A stretch of 63,990 nucleotides of DNA, the filler included, from Pachysolen tannophilus NRRL Y-2460 (Eukaryota): assembly GCA_001661245.1 (NCBI GenBank). It is 29 parts of 29 records of this genome, joined end to end, with 100 filler letters (N's around TTAATTAATTAA, not from the genome) between each part and the next. Parts side by side here need not be neighbours in the genome. Positions count along the whole stretch, not along the records: positions 47,357 to 49,213 come from KV454042.1; positions 49,314 to 51,131 come from KV454043.1; positions 51,232 to 53,042 come from KV454044.1; positions 53,143 to 54,912 come from KV454045.1; positions 55,013 to 56,782 come from KV454046.1; positions 56,883 to 58,643 come from KV454047.1; positions 58,744 to 60,503 come from KV454048.1; positions 60,604 to 62,363 come from KV454049.1; 21 more parts are not named here. One strand, written 5' to 3'. The notes beneath the pieces were generated by a model, which was given only the letters and a program-made list of their open reading frames with translations, was not told the DNA's origin and did no database searches. Shown here one piece after another: positions 48,955 to 61,358 of this stretch (position 1 is its first letter; each line of letters opens with the position of its first letter). The position numbers and the translations under genes are program-made.

Positions 48955-49861
48955 AAGATGAAAAAAGGTTATGAAGAAGAAATATTGTAATTATGAAGTG
49001 AATCAAAGAAAAAGAACGAAATTCAAACAAAGAACAAGAAAGGAAATGAAGAGGATCAAAGCCATCTCTTTTATGTGTGTGTGTGTGTGTGTCTTTTTTT
49101 TTTTTTTTTTTTTTTCTTGTTGTTTTTAAGATGTTGTATGAGTTGCTGTTGTTGTTATTGATGTCTGCGGTTTTTTCTTTTTTAATTTTTATTTTTTTTT
49201 TTTTTTTTGAAGANNNNNNNNNNNNNNNNNNNNNNNNNNNNNNNNNNNNNNNNNNNNTTAATTAATTAANNNNNNNNNNNNNNNNNNNNNNNNNNNNNNN
49301 NNNNNNNNNNNNNTTTTTTTGTTAAAAGAAAAAAAAAAAAAAAAAAAATTTATAATTTTTTTATTCAGATCTTAAATCCCATTTCTATGGTAATAAATAA
49401 ACAACATAAAAGCGTACGAATTAGTGGATAACAAACATAATTCCTTTACAAGCTTCCAAATTTTTCAATTTTTTTTGGAAACAAGTAGACAAGAACATTT
49501 GATCCTTTTGTAGGCCAACTCTCTTTACCAGTCATATATTTCAGGTAAAAAGTACTAATGGTTTAGCTAAAATGCTTGTAACACTAAAATTTAATTGACC
49601 TCTTATTTTTTTTTTACAACCCATAAGTAAGGGATTTGAAGCTTATGATATATGACCAAATATTCTAAGTTTTGATTAAAATCCTTATTAATTTAAAATG
49701 ATTACAAGAGTTCACATGAAACAACACATAATTTAACCAAAAATAAAAAAATAAATTAGATTGAAGATGACCTAAATTTATACTTGATATAAGTGAAAAG
49801 AGATAATAATATGCAATCCTGTTGTGTTGTTGAAACACACAGTTTTATGTTTTTATAATTA

Positions 49862-49934
49862 GGGCGTGTGGCGTAGTTGGTAGCGCGTCTGCCTTGCAAG
49901 CAGAAGGTCATTGGTTCGATTCCGATCTCGTCCA
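49862..49934 (+). tRNA. tRNA-Ala(UGC)
   Basis: Cloverleaf; anticodon arm TCTGC-CTTGCAA-GCAGA; G3:U70; GGTTCGATTCC T-arm; downstream poly-T. Confidence 0.95.
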
Positions 49935-51306
49935 AATTATTTTTTTTTTTAATTTTTCTTAATTTAATCTCTTTTCCAACTCTATCTATATCTATTACTC
50001 TTTAAAATATGGATGGTTATTCAAATCTAAAGACTAGACAAGATCCATTCACTTGGAAGCCAAAATTTTAGCTGGATGTCGCTGACCAAAATTACAATAT
50101 TTAGAAATTTACATAGAATTTTTAATTAGTTTTTTTAACCCTCTAAGTAATAAATTTTAAGAATTTTTTTTTTTTTAAATATCAACAAGATTTGTAGGCT
50201 GAAAAAATGAATATGATTGATAATTTCTAATTTTGGACCTGGTAAATGTACTATTTGTAAAAACAAAAGTTAAGTTAATTTCGTTTGAAAATATGCATAG
50301 CGCATAATGTATTGTAGGGGAACTTTTAGTATACTCATAATTTCAAGTTTTTCATGCTGAATGGCCTTTCTTCTAAAATGTAACTTCAGATTGAAGTTTT
50401 CGTCTAAGATTTAATGGGTTACTAGGCATAAAACGTTTGAAATTTCTTTACTTGATTATTCGTTTTTCTTTTTTTTTTTTTTCTTTTGAAACATCCAGTT
50501 TTTGCCATTTCGACAAATTATGATAACAAATAGATATTATCTTGTCAAAGTATATTATTAGTACTGCTAATTGATTTCTGAATTAAATACCATTAAAGGT
50601 ATTTATCTCCATATATGAATTACTTGTAACTAGTGCTTATGCACACATAATTAAAAAAAATTAAAGTTATTACCAAAAATACTTATCTCACTAGCGTTCA
50701 CAACGTCGTTTAACTTTACATTAAGTACCTGTTCTAAAATACCTGTTCTTAGGATCGGCCATAAATATTTGTGCTTTTGAAAAATTTCAAGAACAACCAT
50801 TCAAATAAACAAGGACTTCTATACATTAATTGTGAGGGAAAATTATTTTTTCCTTTGGTTCAACCACAGTTTCAATAATTGATATCTCAGATTAACTAAA
50901 ATTTTTTTAGCGGAAATAAGTTTGTTTTATCTATTGATTTTTATTTGTTGTATTAATTAATTTGTGAAAAAAAATATGTGATCCAATTCCAATAGACAGA
51001 ATAATACCCTTAAGTTTTAAATCTTATTTCTAATTTATTAATGGCAATGCTCTATAGTACTGATCTAATATAATAATTAACGTTTTAACAAACAGATAAT
51101 CTGGCTGTTTTTTTTTCTTTTTTTTTTTTTTNNNNNNNNNNNNNNNNNNNNNNNNNNNNNNNNNNNNNNNNNNNNTTAATTAATTAANNNNNNNNNNNNN
51201 NNNNNNNNNNNNNNNNNNNNNNNNNNNNNNNTTTTTTCTTTTTTCCTTAATAACATTAGTATTTACTTCAAAAGAAGTCAAAAAGTAAGAAAAGATAGAA
51301 AAGAAA

Positions 51307-52976
51307 TCAATCTAATCCTTGATCTTCTCTTGCTTTCTTGAAAAAATCTCTTACTTCCTGCTCAGTTACAACTTTACCTTCATCTGCAAAAGGTTTTAAG
51401 AACTGACTTAATCTATTTTTGATATTTTCGTATGCTCTCATACCTTCAATTGCTTTTTCTCTTGGTAAAGTATTCAACAGCTGTGAGCCCAAGTTATAAA
51501 TAGACGACGAATCGTCCTCGTTTTGGATATCCTGATCAGGTTCTGGTTCATACACTGGATCATTTGAGTATAAATATGGATAAGTTCTAAGTAACTTTAT
51601 CAAACGTGAATGGTGTGGTTTATTTTCAAGCATGATATTTTTCAAATTTTGCTTAAAATTCTCTTGTAGAAAAATCGAATAAGGATATTTTGAATTGAAT
51701 GTAGTATCAACTTTACGACGCTTACTAGATGTTAAAGAATCATGTTCATTTCCCAAGTCTTGACCATGTTCTTTTTTCACTTTCAAACTTAATTTACTAT
51801 TCCTTTCCTCTATTGAGGAGGCATCTATGTGATATAGCTTTGGCAAAATTATATCATCTGGAATTTCTTCAAAAGCATCTTTAAACCTCTCAATACATTT
51901 CCAGCATATAAAGCAGTCAAAATCGTCCAAAGCTGGGAACCCAGGTATTGGAATCAGATCATCATCATCATCATCATTACTATTTTCATCATAGCTATCA
52001 TTTTCGTCTTTTACAATTTCTGCAGCCTTTACGGCTCCTTTAGATTCTTTAGCTTCTTTTTCTTCTAGTTGATCTTCCCGGAGTCCAAGATTTTTTTCTT
52101 TAGGTATCAAATTATCTGCACCAGCTTCTGATCCTGGCAGAGCCAATTTATCCAAGAGATTTACTCCTCTTTCATTTTTATCACTGCTATTTTTGGGAGT
52201 TTTCCTACGATCTCCCATAAAACCAGGTTTAAACCCCATTATACACTCATCATGATACCAATCCTCCCCGCATACTTCTCCAAAATGACATTGAAACATA
52301 TTACCTGTTTCTTCCAATGGATTATAAGGTTTCTCACACGAACAGAAAAAACCTTTGAAATTTTGGTTATAACAATTTGAAGAAGAAGGTATATCATCAG
52401 CCGCTGGTAAATTGGTTGAATTGCCATTGCCATTGTTGTTCCCGTTGCCATTGAGATCCAACAACGATTGTGAAGCAAACGAAGATCTCCTCGTACTTGG
52501 CCTATTTCTCAACCGACAACCCCCATTATACTTCATTCTAGTGGTTCCACAATCGCAAGTAAAATCTCTTTTTGAAAATAATTCCACTAATTCATGAGAA
52601 GAATGACATTGAATTGAACAAGAATAACATATACCTGATAAAGGTTTCTTTGTATCATTTTCTCGGCAAGTCAAACAAGCATAAACTTGCTGGTGTAAAG
52701 CACCAATTGTATAGGTACAAATATTGGGATCATAAGGCATAAGTTCCCTAGCTTCTTTCTCTCTACATGAAAAAAAAAAGAAAAAAAAAATAAGTTAGTT
52801 ACACCAAAATTAACTCAAAACTAAAATAAATAAAAATAAAATACATTAAAGTAATAATTAATAAACGTAACAATTCTAGCTGTTTTTCTAAGATATTCCA
52901 CCGCAGTCATTGAATCAATGGCCTCGCCATCCCTGGCCCCGTCATTCAAACAACTCTCTTCCTTGATTGTCTTCAT
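51307..52976 (-). CDS. UBR7/Mlo2-like UBR-box E3 ligase; exon 2 is 52762-51307, exon 1 is ~52976-52872 with an apparent frameshift
   Basis: QQVYACLTC, GICYSCSIQCHSSHELVELFSKRDFTCDCGT, CSC...CEDWYH-like PHD, C-terminal LKPFADEGKVVTEQEVRDFF. Confidence 0.85.
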
Positions 52977-53583
52977 TTCTCACCAAAGAAATAAAGATAA
53001 GTTAATTACTGTGCTTCCCTCCATACTTTAATTTAATATAGGNNNNNNNNNNNNNNNNNNNNNNNNNNNNNNNNNNNNNNNNNNNNTTAATTAATTAANN
53101 NNNNNNNNNNNNNNNNNNNNNNNNNNNNNNNNNNNNNNNNNNATTTATTTTATTTTATTTTTTTTTTTGAAAAATTTTCAAAGAAAAAAATCGCCGGATC
53201 AAAATCAGGGTTCATAACCGCAAAACGACGATTAAATGTATAGATATTGAGATAAAACCTACAATTAACTTAAGATAATGATGAAGAAAAATATAGAGTA
53301 AGAGAGAGTAAAGATTTTCTCGTTTCCTCGTTTTCTCGTTTTTGATACTAGTGATTGTTTTGAAAAGTTAAAGTTTTCCATTACTAAAGACTAAAATATA
53401 TAATAATAAAAAAAAAAATACACCCTTTTTCTTTTAATTATAAATCTACATGTTCTAGCTCCAACACAAGAGATTTTTTTCTTTAAAAAAAAATTATTTT
53501 GTTCTTCTTTTCCAAGCATTGCACACCTTCAATTTCTTTTTTCATTTTTTTTTTTTTTTGTTTTTGCTTTTTCGTTCTTGTTC

Positions 53584-54258
53584 TTAACGGGAGTATGACC
53601 AAACGTTCTTTAATAAACCATCTTGTTGAGCTAATCTGTTTAAAGAATCATCGGCTTCACCTCTTGATCTGATGTAACCACATAAAGCGTAGGTGGTGTG
53701 GGAACCTGGGATGGCTTGGCCGTTTTCATCAACGTTGGCAATGTTGATTTGGACAGATGAGTGGTCCTTTGCCTTGATGATTCTATTGGTTGCTGAACAT
53801 TTACGTGGAACGTATAATTCAACCTATAAAAAAAATAAAAAAAAATTGTTAGTATACTTGTGGAAACAAATTTATGTGAAAAACGGTAACAAGAGAAGTA
53901 GAAGTTAAGTTGAAACATAAACCGCCAAGAAAAAAAAAAAAAGAGAGACAGTCTCTATTCTTCTTTTTAAGTAAAATAACAAGATTTAATATAAATAATA
54001 AAGTACCCTTATGTATCAGCCAACCGATAACCATAAAGGCAAAAAAAAATTCACAATACTTTATGAAATTCATGTATAACGCTATTCTTCTATGATGATG
54101 GACATCTCATCCAAATAAATAAATGACTTGACTTTTTTTCTTTTCTTCTCTTTTCTTCTTTTGAATTCTCAAATACACATCTTCGTCACTAGTAATTACT
54201 TGTAATTACTTGGTGGCTACTTATAGTTACTTACTAATTGGCCTCTATCGTTTTCCAT
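53584..54258 (-). CDS. RPS21: 40S ribosomal protein eS21; exons 54258-54235 and 53823-53584
   Basis: Spliced product [29 protein letters not shown]...LKNVWSYSR, 87 aa; GTAAGT/TACTAAC/TAG. Confidence 0.96.
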
Positions 54259-54533
54259 TTTGATTCGATTAAACTGTTTTAAATAAAAAAAAAAATTTAA
54301 TTTACAGTATTAAAAAATGTTAAAATTATATATATTATATATATAAAAATTAGTTAAAAAATTCACTTTTCGTATATTGTTAAAGGTTTGAAAAATTTTG
54401 ACCACTACAAAAAAGACAAAAAAAAAGAAAAAAAAAAAGTAAAAAAAAAAAATCAACAAAAATGTTAATAGTTGCACGACTATTAATTTGTTAGTGTTTT
54501 TATTGTTGTTTTTTGCACAGAAAATCAACCAAG

Positions 54534-54549
54534 TTTCCTAATCCGGTAA
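54534..54549. promoter_or_regulatory. Mcm1-type site upstream of RPS21
   Basis: TTTCCTAATCCGGTAA = TTWCC-N6-GGWAA. Confidence 0.5.
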
Positions 54550-54879
54550 TACCAGATGTTAAAAGAATTTGTGACAGTGAAAAATGAGCAACGAGTGGTG
54601 TAAGGATGGAATAACTGATGGAGGGGCGGATTTTTATTTTTTTAGTTTCATGTTTAATTGGGGCTGTATATGTCATGTGGCTAACATATCTAAATAGCTA
54701 AGATAGGATAATGGTGGCTAGGCTGGAATAGTTAGGTAGGTGGATAGTAAATTTATAAGTATAAATAGCTAATACAATATAGTAAAAGGGTTTTAGCGTA
54801 AATATACAAGAAATATTAAATAAAAAGGTTTAAAAAGTTCATAATAATTATTTTATTGAATATACAGTTTTATTGGGTT

Positions 54880-54912
<33 letters not shown>

Positions 54913-55599
54913 NNNNNNNNNNNNNNNNNNNNNNNNNNNNNNNNNNNNNNNNNNNNTTAATTAATTAANNNNNNNNNNNNNNNNNNNNNNNNNNNNNNNN
55001 NNNNNNNNNNNNGTAAAAAAAAAAAAAACTAAACATATATATATATATATATATATATATTTCGTGTTATACTGATACTTTCAATATTAAACTAAGGGCG
55101 CAAATAATACATCAATCCAAAAGCGTTTAATTTTTTATATATTGAGTTTCCATGTTCTTCCCCATTTTCAATACTTTAAATCAAATTTGAAATTTTTGAA
55201 TTGCTTTGTATATTTGCACTTTATAAGTATTGATCCATCGATGTCTTATAATGTGTTGTTATACAAGTGTATTGGAGTAAGCTGATCAAAAAAAAAATAT
55301 TAAAAAGTAGTTTCCAAAATATCAAAAATGTATGGATCAAAAAAAAAAAAANAAAAGAAAGAAAAAAAAAGAAAAAGAAAATCTTGTCTTTTGGACAAGT
55401 TTGCTTATTATTATTATTATTATTTATTATTATTATTATTTATTGTAATAAACAATTGAAAATAATAGTAATATTAATAATAATAATAAATTAATTAAAA
55501 AAAAAGTTAATTTATATTCAATCAATTCAATAACTCTTTGCAATTAATAGAAACTGAAAAAAAAAATAATATTGATTTTTTTTTCCCTCTTTATTTGAA

Positions 55600-55644
55600 T
55601 ACTAACTTTTAATTTTTATATTTTTTATTGGATTATTACAGTAG
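55600..55644 (+). other. 3' end of a probable 5'-UTR intron of the 14-3-3 gene
   Basis: TACTAAC at 55600, U-rich tract, CAGTAG at 55639-55644; donor not identified. Confidence 0.6.
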
Positions 55645-55686
55645 TTTTTTTTAAAAAAAAATATATATATATAATAATAATACACA

Positions 55687-56433
55687 ATGTCAGTTTCGCG
55701 TGAAGATTCAGTTTACTTGGCTAAATTGGCTGAACAAGCCGAACGTTATGAAGAAATGGTTGAGAATATGAAGACCGTTGCTTCTTCAGGTCAAGAATTA
55801 TCTGTTGAGGAAAGAAATTTATTATCAGTTGCTTATAAAAATGTTATTGGTGCTCGTAGAGCGTCATGGAGAATTGTTTCATCAATTGAACAAAAAGAAG
55901 AAGCAAAAGGTAATGAAAGTCAAGTTACTTTAATTAAAGATTATCGTTCAAAAATTGAATCAGAATTAACCAAGATTTGTGATGATATTTTATCTGTCTT
56001 AACTGAGCATTTAATTCCAACAGCTCAAACAGGAGAATCAAAAGTTTTCTATTATAAGATGAAAGGTGATTATCACCGTTATTTGGCCGAATTTGCAAGT
56101 GGTGACAAGAGAAAAGAAGCTGCTGACTTGTCATTAGATGCCTATAAATCAGCTTCTGACGTTGCAGTTACAGAATTAGCTCCTACTCATCCAATTAGAT
56201 TAGGTTTGGCCTTGAATTTTAGTGTTTTCTACTATGAAATCTTAAATTCACCAGATCGTGCATGTCATTTAGCAAAACAAGCTTTCGATGATGCCATTGC
56301 TGAATTGGATACCTTATCAGAAGAAAGCTACAAAGATTCAACTCTTATCATGCAATTATTAAGAGACAACTTAACACTTTGGACTTCAACTGGTGAAGGT
56401 GAAGATGCTGCTAAAGAAGAAGATGAAGAGTAG
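55687..56433 (+). CDS. BMH1: 14-3-3 protein
   Basis: [43 protein letters not shown]. Confidence 0.97.
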   Translation: MSVSREDSVYLAKLAEQAERYEEMVENMKTVASSGQELSVEERNLLSVAYKNVIGARRASWRIVSSIEQKEEAKGNESQVTLIKDYRSKIESELTKICDDILSVLTEHLIPTAQTGESKVFYYKMKGDYHRYLAEFASGDKRKEAADLSLDAYKSASDVAVTELAPTHPIRLGLALNFSVFYYEILNSPDRACHLAKQAFDDAIAELDTLSEESYKDSTLIMQLLRDNLTLWTSTGEGEDAAKEEDEE

Positions 56434-56743
56434 ATTAGAAATGGAAAATTGGAAATTTTGGGTTTTTCATTCAATTCTAAAATTTTTTTATTTTTATTTT
56501 TTTCATTTTTTTTTTTTAAAATATCTCTCTCTCTCTCTTTTTCTTTTGATTTTTCTTTATTTTGATGTTTATAAATTTTGTTGAAGTGTTTTTCTATTGT
56601 TTGTTTTTTATTTTTATTTTTATCTTTTATCTTTATTTTTATCTTTATTTTTTTTTTTTTATTTTTTTTTATTTAAAAAAAACTTGTTTTTTTTAACCTT
56701 TTTTTTTTTATATTGAAACCTTCCATATTTTCGTAATCTTTAG

Positions 56744-56774
<31 letters not shown>

Positions 56775-57011
56775 AATAATTTNNNNNNNNNNNNNNNNNN
56801 NNNNNNNNNNNNNNNNNNNNNNNNNNTTAATTAATTAANNNNNNNNNNNNNNNNNNNNNNNNNNNNNNNNNNNNNNNNNNNNTAAACTGAGAGACATTTA
56901 TTTCTATTCAGGAATTGCAAAAAAAAAAAAAAGAAGAGAAAAAAAAAAATTAATTGAAATTTTTTTTTTTTATATATATATATATATCTATATTAAAAAA
57001 ATTATATTATA

Positions 57012-57977
57012 ATGGCTTTTGGTGCTCCAAGAGGTGGATCAAGAGGTGGATTTGGTGGCCGTGGTGGCGGTAGTTCGAGAGGAGGCTCTAGAGGTGGATC
57101 TAGAGGTGGGTTTGGTGGTCGTGGTGGCCGTGGAGGTGCACCTTCAAGAGGTGGTCGTGGTGGTAGTAGAGGAGGTTCAAGAGGTGGTTCAAGAGGTGGT
57201 CGTGGTGGATTTGGCGGTGGAGCCGGCCGTGGTGGGGCCAAAGGTGGAGCCAAAGTTGTTATTGAACCACATAGACATGCTGGTGTTTTTATTGCTAGAG
57301 GTAAAGAAGATTTATTGGTTACCAAGAACATTGCGCCAGGTGAATCTGTATATGGAGAAAAACGTATTTCTATTGAAGAACCTTCTAAAGAAGAAGGTGC
57401 CCCAGCCACTAAAGTTGAATATAGAGTTTGGAATCCTTTTAGATCTAAATTGGCTGCAGGTATCATGGGTGGTTTAGATGAATTATTTATTGCTCCAGGG
57501 AAAAAAGTTTTATATTTAGGTGCTGCATCGGGTACTTCTGTATCCCATGTTGCTGATGTTGTTGGCCCAGAAGGATTGGTTTATGCAGTTGAATTCTCTC
57601 ACAGACCAGGTAGAGAATTGATAGGTATGGCCAAGAAGAGACCAAATGTTATTCCAATTATTGAAGATGCTAGACACCCACAAAAATACCGTATGTTGGT
57701 TGGTATGGTTGATTGTGTCTTTGCTGATGTTGCTCAGCCAGATCAAGCAAGAATCATTGCGTTGAACTCACACTTGTTTTTAAAAGATCAAGGTGGTGTT
57801 GTTATTTCAATTAAAGCAAACTGTATTGATTCAACAGTTGATGCAGAAACAGTTTTCGCTAGAGAAGTTCAAAAATTACGTGAAGAAAGAATAAAACCTT
57901 TAGAACAATTGACTTTAGAACCATACGAAAGAGACCATTGTATAGTCATAGGCCGTTACATGAGAAGTGGCTTATAA
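57012..57977 (+). CDS. NOP1: Fibrillarin
   Basis: RGG-rich N-terminus, [22 protein letters not shown]. Confidence 0.97.
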   Translation: MAFGAPRGGSRGGFGGRGGGSSRGGSRGGSRGGFGGRGGRGGAPSRGGRGGSRGGSRGGSRGGRGGFGGGAGRGGAKGGAKVVIEPHRHAGVFIARGKEDLLVTKNIAPGESVYGEKRISIEEPSKEEGAPATKVEYRVWNPFRSKLAAGIMGGLDELFIAPGKKVLYLGAASGTSVSHVADVVGPEGLVYAVEFSHRPGRELIGMAKKRPNVIPIIEDARHPQKYRMLVGMVDCVFADVAQPDQARIIALNSHLFLKDQGGVVISIKANCIDSTVDAETVFAREVQKLREERIKPLEQLTLEPYERDHCIVIGRYMRSGL

Positions 57978-58607
57978 TCATAAAAATCATTAGAAAATAA
58001 AAGAATAAAAAAAAAAAACTCTTTTAAATTATTATTTTCTTATTTTTTTTTGTGTGTGTGTGTCTGTGTTGTTCTTGTTCTTGTTAATCTTCTTATGTTT
58101 TTTTTTTTCTTTTCTAGTTGATGAGTGTTTTGGTTCAAATTGTTTCTACTCTATTTTTTTATTTTTTTTATTCTTTTTTTCTTTTATCAATAAGTTGTAT
58201 TGTATCATAATATTATTAATTTTTTTTTTTTTTTTTTTTTTTGGTTTTTTCACTTAACTAGCTTATTGCTTTATTATCTAAAAGATAAAAGATCAGAAAG
58301 CAGCAAAAATATGAAAAAGAAAAGAAAGGAGACAAAAGAATTTAAAGAAGTTTATATATATATATAATAAACGTTTATTAATCGCATTTTCAACTGTGTT
58401 ATACCTTGTAAAAATAAGACAAAGTCTTGTCCAAGAACTCGGATCACCAACCTGGATCGCTGAGGAATGGACGGGTGGATGAGGGCGGGACGCCGCTTAC
58501 ATTTTAGGCGGATACTTTTTTAGGTGGATATTTCTTAGGCGGGCTCTGAAGGCGGTGTCCCGCCCTTTTACAGGGGTCTCCCCCTGCAAAATAGATAGCA
58601 AAAAAAG

Positions 58608-58641
<34 letters not shown>

Positions 58642-58987
58642 AANNNNNNNNNNNNNNNNNNNNNNNNNNNNNNNNNNNNNNNNNNNNTTAATTAATTAAN
58701 NNNNNNNNNNNNNNNNNNNNNNNNNNNNNNNNNNNNNNNNNNNTCTCTCTCTTCTTNTTNTTTTTTTTTTTTTTTTTTATATCGAAAAAACTAAAATTAC
58801 ATATTTTTAGATCAATACTGTTACATTACACATAGTTTTATCATGTTTGTATGTTTTTCTGTCTCTTTATTATTTTTTGTATAACAAATTGCTGAAACTG
58901 AAACCTACCTAAACTAAAACCATTATTTAATATTAATGAGAAAATTTAAGAGAATTTAAAAAAATTAAAAAAAAACATAACAAGTAG

Positions 58988-59316
58988 TTACCCAATGAGG
59001 TAATCTTCCAATTTGTAGTCTCTCCCGCATTAGGAAACTCTCTTTTCACTTACTTTTCTTTTTCTTTCGTATCTACGATCTGTCCCGATCGGGAAATTTT
59101 GATTTTTTAAAAAAAAACAATTTTTTTGTTTTGTTTTGTTTTGTTTTCTCTGTTTTTGATTCAAATTGTAAACAAAGCGAGGAAAGTGCGTAAGATAAGC
59201 TAATCTCCTAAAATTTTAATTTTTTTTTTACAAAAAAAAAAAAAAAAAAAAAGAAGAAAGATAATTTTAATTGTTGCTTTAACCAAAAATTTAACAAATT
59301 TAACCTAAATGGGGGA
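58988..59316. promoter_or_regulatory. Cluster of Mcm1/ECB-like sites plus a forkhead site
   Basis: TTACCCAATGAGGTAA (58988), CTCCCGCATTAGGAAA (59022), TGTCCCGATCGGGAAA (59081), GTAAACAAA (59168), TAACCTAAATGGGGGA (59301). Confidence 0.65.
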
Positions 59317-60735
59317 ACCAATTTTTTAAAAAAATTGATCTTACAATCAATTAAATCTTTAATCTAACCGCTGAAGAATCATTATAATAAAGTATGACTT
59401 CAAATTAATCTTTGTATTGGCGGTTATCTAAATATTTCAATTTCTTTTGGTTCTTAACCTCGTGTGGCGCAAAATGCGTGATGCCAAAAAAAAAATTTTG
59501 TTGTATAAATAAACCTGTTTTTCTCCCACGGTGTTTGAGATGTTGCCTCTAGTGGAGACTCTCAGGGGCCCTCCGCCTCAGATAAGCGAAATCTCTTTTT
59601 TAATCCAGTTATTGGAATACAAGAAATAAAGATATATATATATATATATATAAAATAAAATATATTCTTTGAGTAAAAGTAGAGTAGAATAGATTGGGGG
59701 TCAATATTGAGATTGATCTCTTTGAAATCATAGATCGAGTTCACTATTTAGCGGATTAGAATTAAAACCGCTGTTTTTTTGTTTGTTTTTTTTTTTAAAA
59801 AAAAAGTAGATCAAATCGTGATCAATCAATTGATTAAACAAAGAAAAACAAGAAAAAAAAAAAAATTCTATTTATAATAATATTAATAATAATAATAATA
59901 ATAATAATTTATATTCTCATTATTAAAAATTTCATTTTTATCATCTACATTAGATCTCTTCAATCCTTTGGCAATTCAATCGATTCTTTATTAGATTAAA
60001 AAGGGGATACTTTTGTTTTTTTTTTTTTGTTTTTTGTTTTTTTGTCTCTTTTGTTTTGTTTTGTTTTTCCTATATTTTTATTTTTTTAATACTTCACCTT
60101 TTAATTGATAAAGATAAACATTTAATTAAATTAAGCTAAATTGGGGTTTTTGACGAATCTTGAATAATATTAAATCAATTATTCAATTTATTAATCAATC
60201 AATCAATCAATCAATCAATTCAAGCAAAACTTAAAACCCATTTAAAAGGTAAAGATAAGATCTTGAAAATCAAATTCTGAAAAGATAAATCGTCAATTTG
60301 GCTTATTTTTCTTTTTTTTGCTTGTTTGATAAAAGATTCGGTTCCATTCCTTTAGTCATTCATTCCCTTTTTTTTTTTTCAATTTGAATTTAACATAACA
60401 CATTAATATCATTATTTAGCTAATTATAATAATAGCTATTAAATTGTCAAAACAAACAAAAAAAAAAAAAANAAAAAAAAGACTATTTTGGTATTGAGTT
60501 TTANNNNNNNNNNNNNNNNNNNNNNNNNNNNNNNNNNNNNNNNNNNNTTAATTAATTAANNNNNNNNNNNNNNNNNNNNNNNNNNNNNNNNNNNNNNNNN
60601 NNNTTCTTTTCTTTATTTTTTTTTTTTTTTTTTATTTTTTTATTTTTTTATATTTATTTGAATTTTATACATTATAAATATTGGAATTTTAATAATAAGC
60701 TCTATTTTATGGACAAGATTTACTAGTCTTTTAAA

Positions 60736-61358
60736 TTATTTCAATTTATAAAATAATTTTGGAGCAACACAATCATTGGCACAATGTTGTAAATGGAAAC
60801 TATTGAATGAAATAAAATGTTAGTAAAAGCAAAAAACAATAAAAAAAAACATAATCTAATCTCATATTTGAAATTAAAGTACCAGTATACTTATACTTAC
60901 AATTCTTCAACACAATCTTCTTTGTGTTCTTTTTCAGCGTAACCTGGTTCTTCTTGTTCTTTAGTGACTCTTTCAGTACATTCATGGAAATGATGTAAAT
61001 ATGGGGTACACTTTGTACTTTCTGAACATTCTTTTTTTAATTTATCAAGTGGATCTGCAGCTTCTTCTTCATCTTCATCTTCATCATCTTCATCTTCATC
61101 TTCTTCCCCTTCTTCTTCTTCAGCATCATCTTCTGGCTATAATTTACAAAAATCGGGTTAATGTTAGTATAAAATTAAAGCCAACATACAGACACTCTCA
61201 CACTCTCATACTTTCTCTCTTTTAAAACATTTGCTCTGCGATAAGACAGAGAGACAAAGAGAATGAGTGAATATTTTTTTTCATTATAAACATACTTCTT
61301 CAGCGTAAGCTGCTGGTGGAACGATTGATTCTATTAATTCACGTAAGATGGCAGACAT
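60736..61358 (-). CDS. QCR6: Cytochrome bc1 hinge subunit 6; exons 61358-61296, 61136-60901, 60799-60736
   Basis: Spliced 120 aa MSAILRELIESIVPPAAYAEE|PEDD(acidic)..DPLDKLKKEC..C..HHFHECTERV..EDCVEEF|FHLQHCANDCVAPKLFYKLK; canonical splice signals. Confidence 0.93.

Noticed and set aside
49862..49934. tRNA as the CUG-decoding tRNA, and its U6.U67 mismatch
   Set aside because: The anticodon is UGC (Ala) and the mismatch is known in yeast tRNA-Ala; no CAG-anticodon tRNA was seen in this window
57002..57477. Overlapping alternative-frame ORFs on NOP1
   Set aside because: Shadows of the GGT-rich RGG repeat
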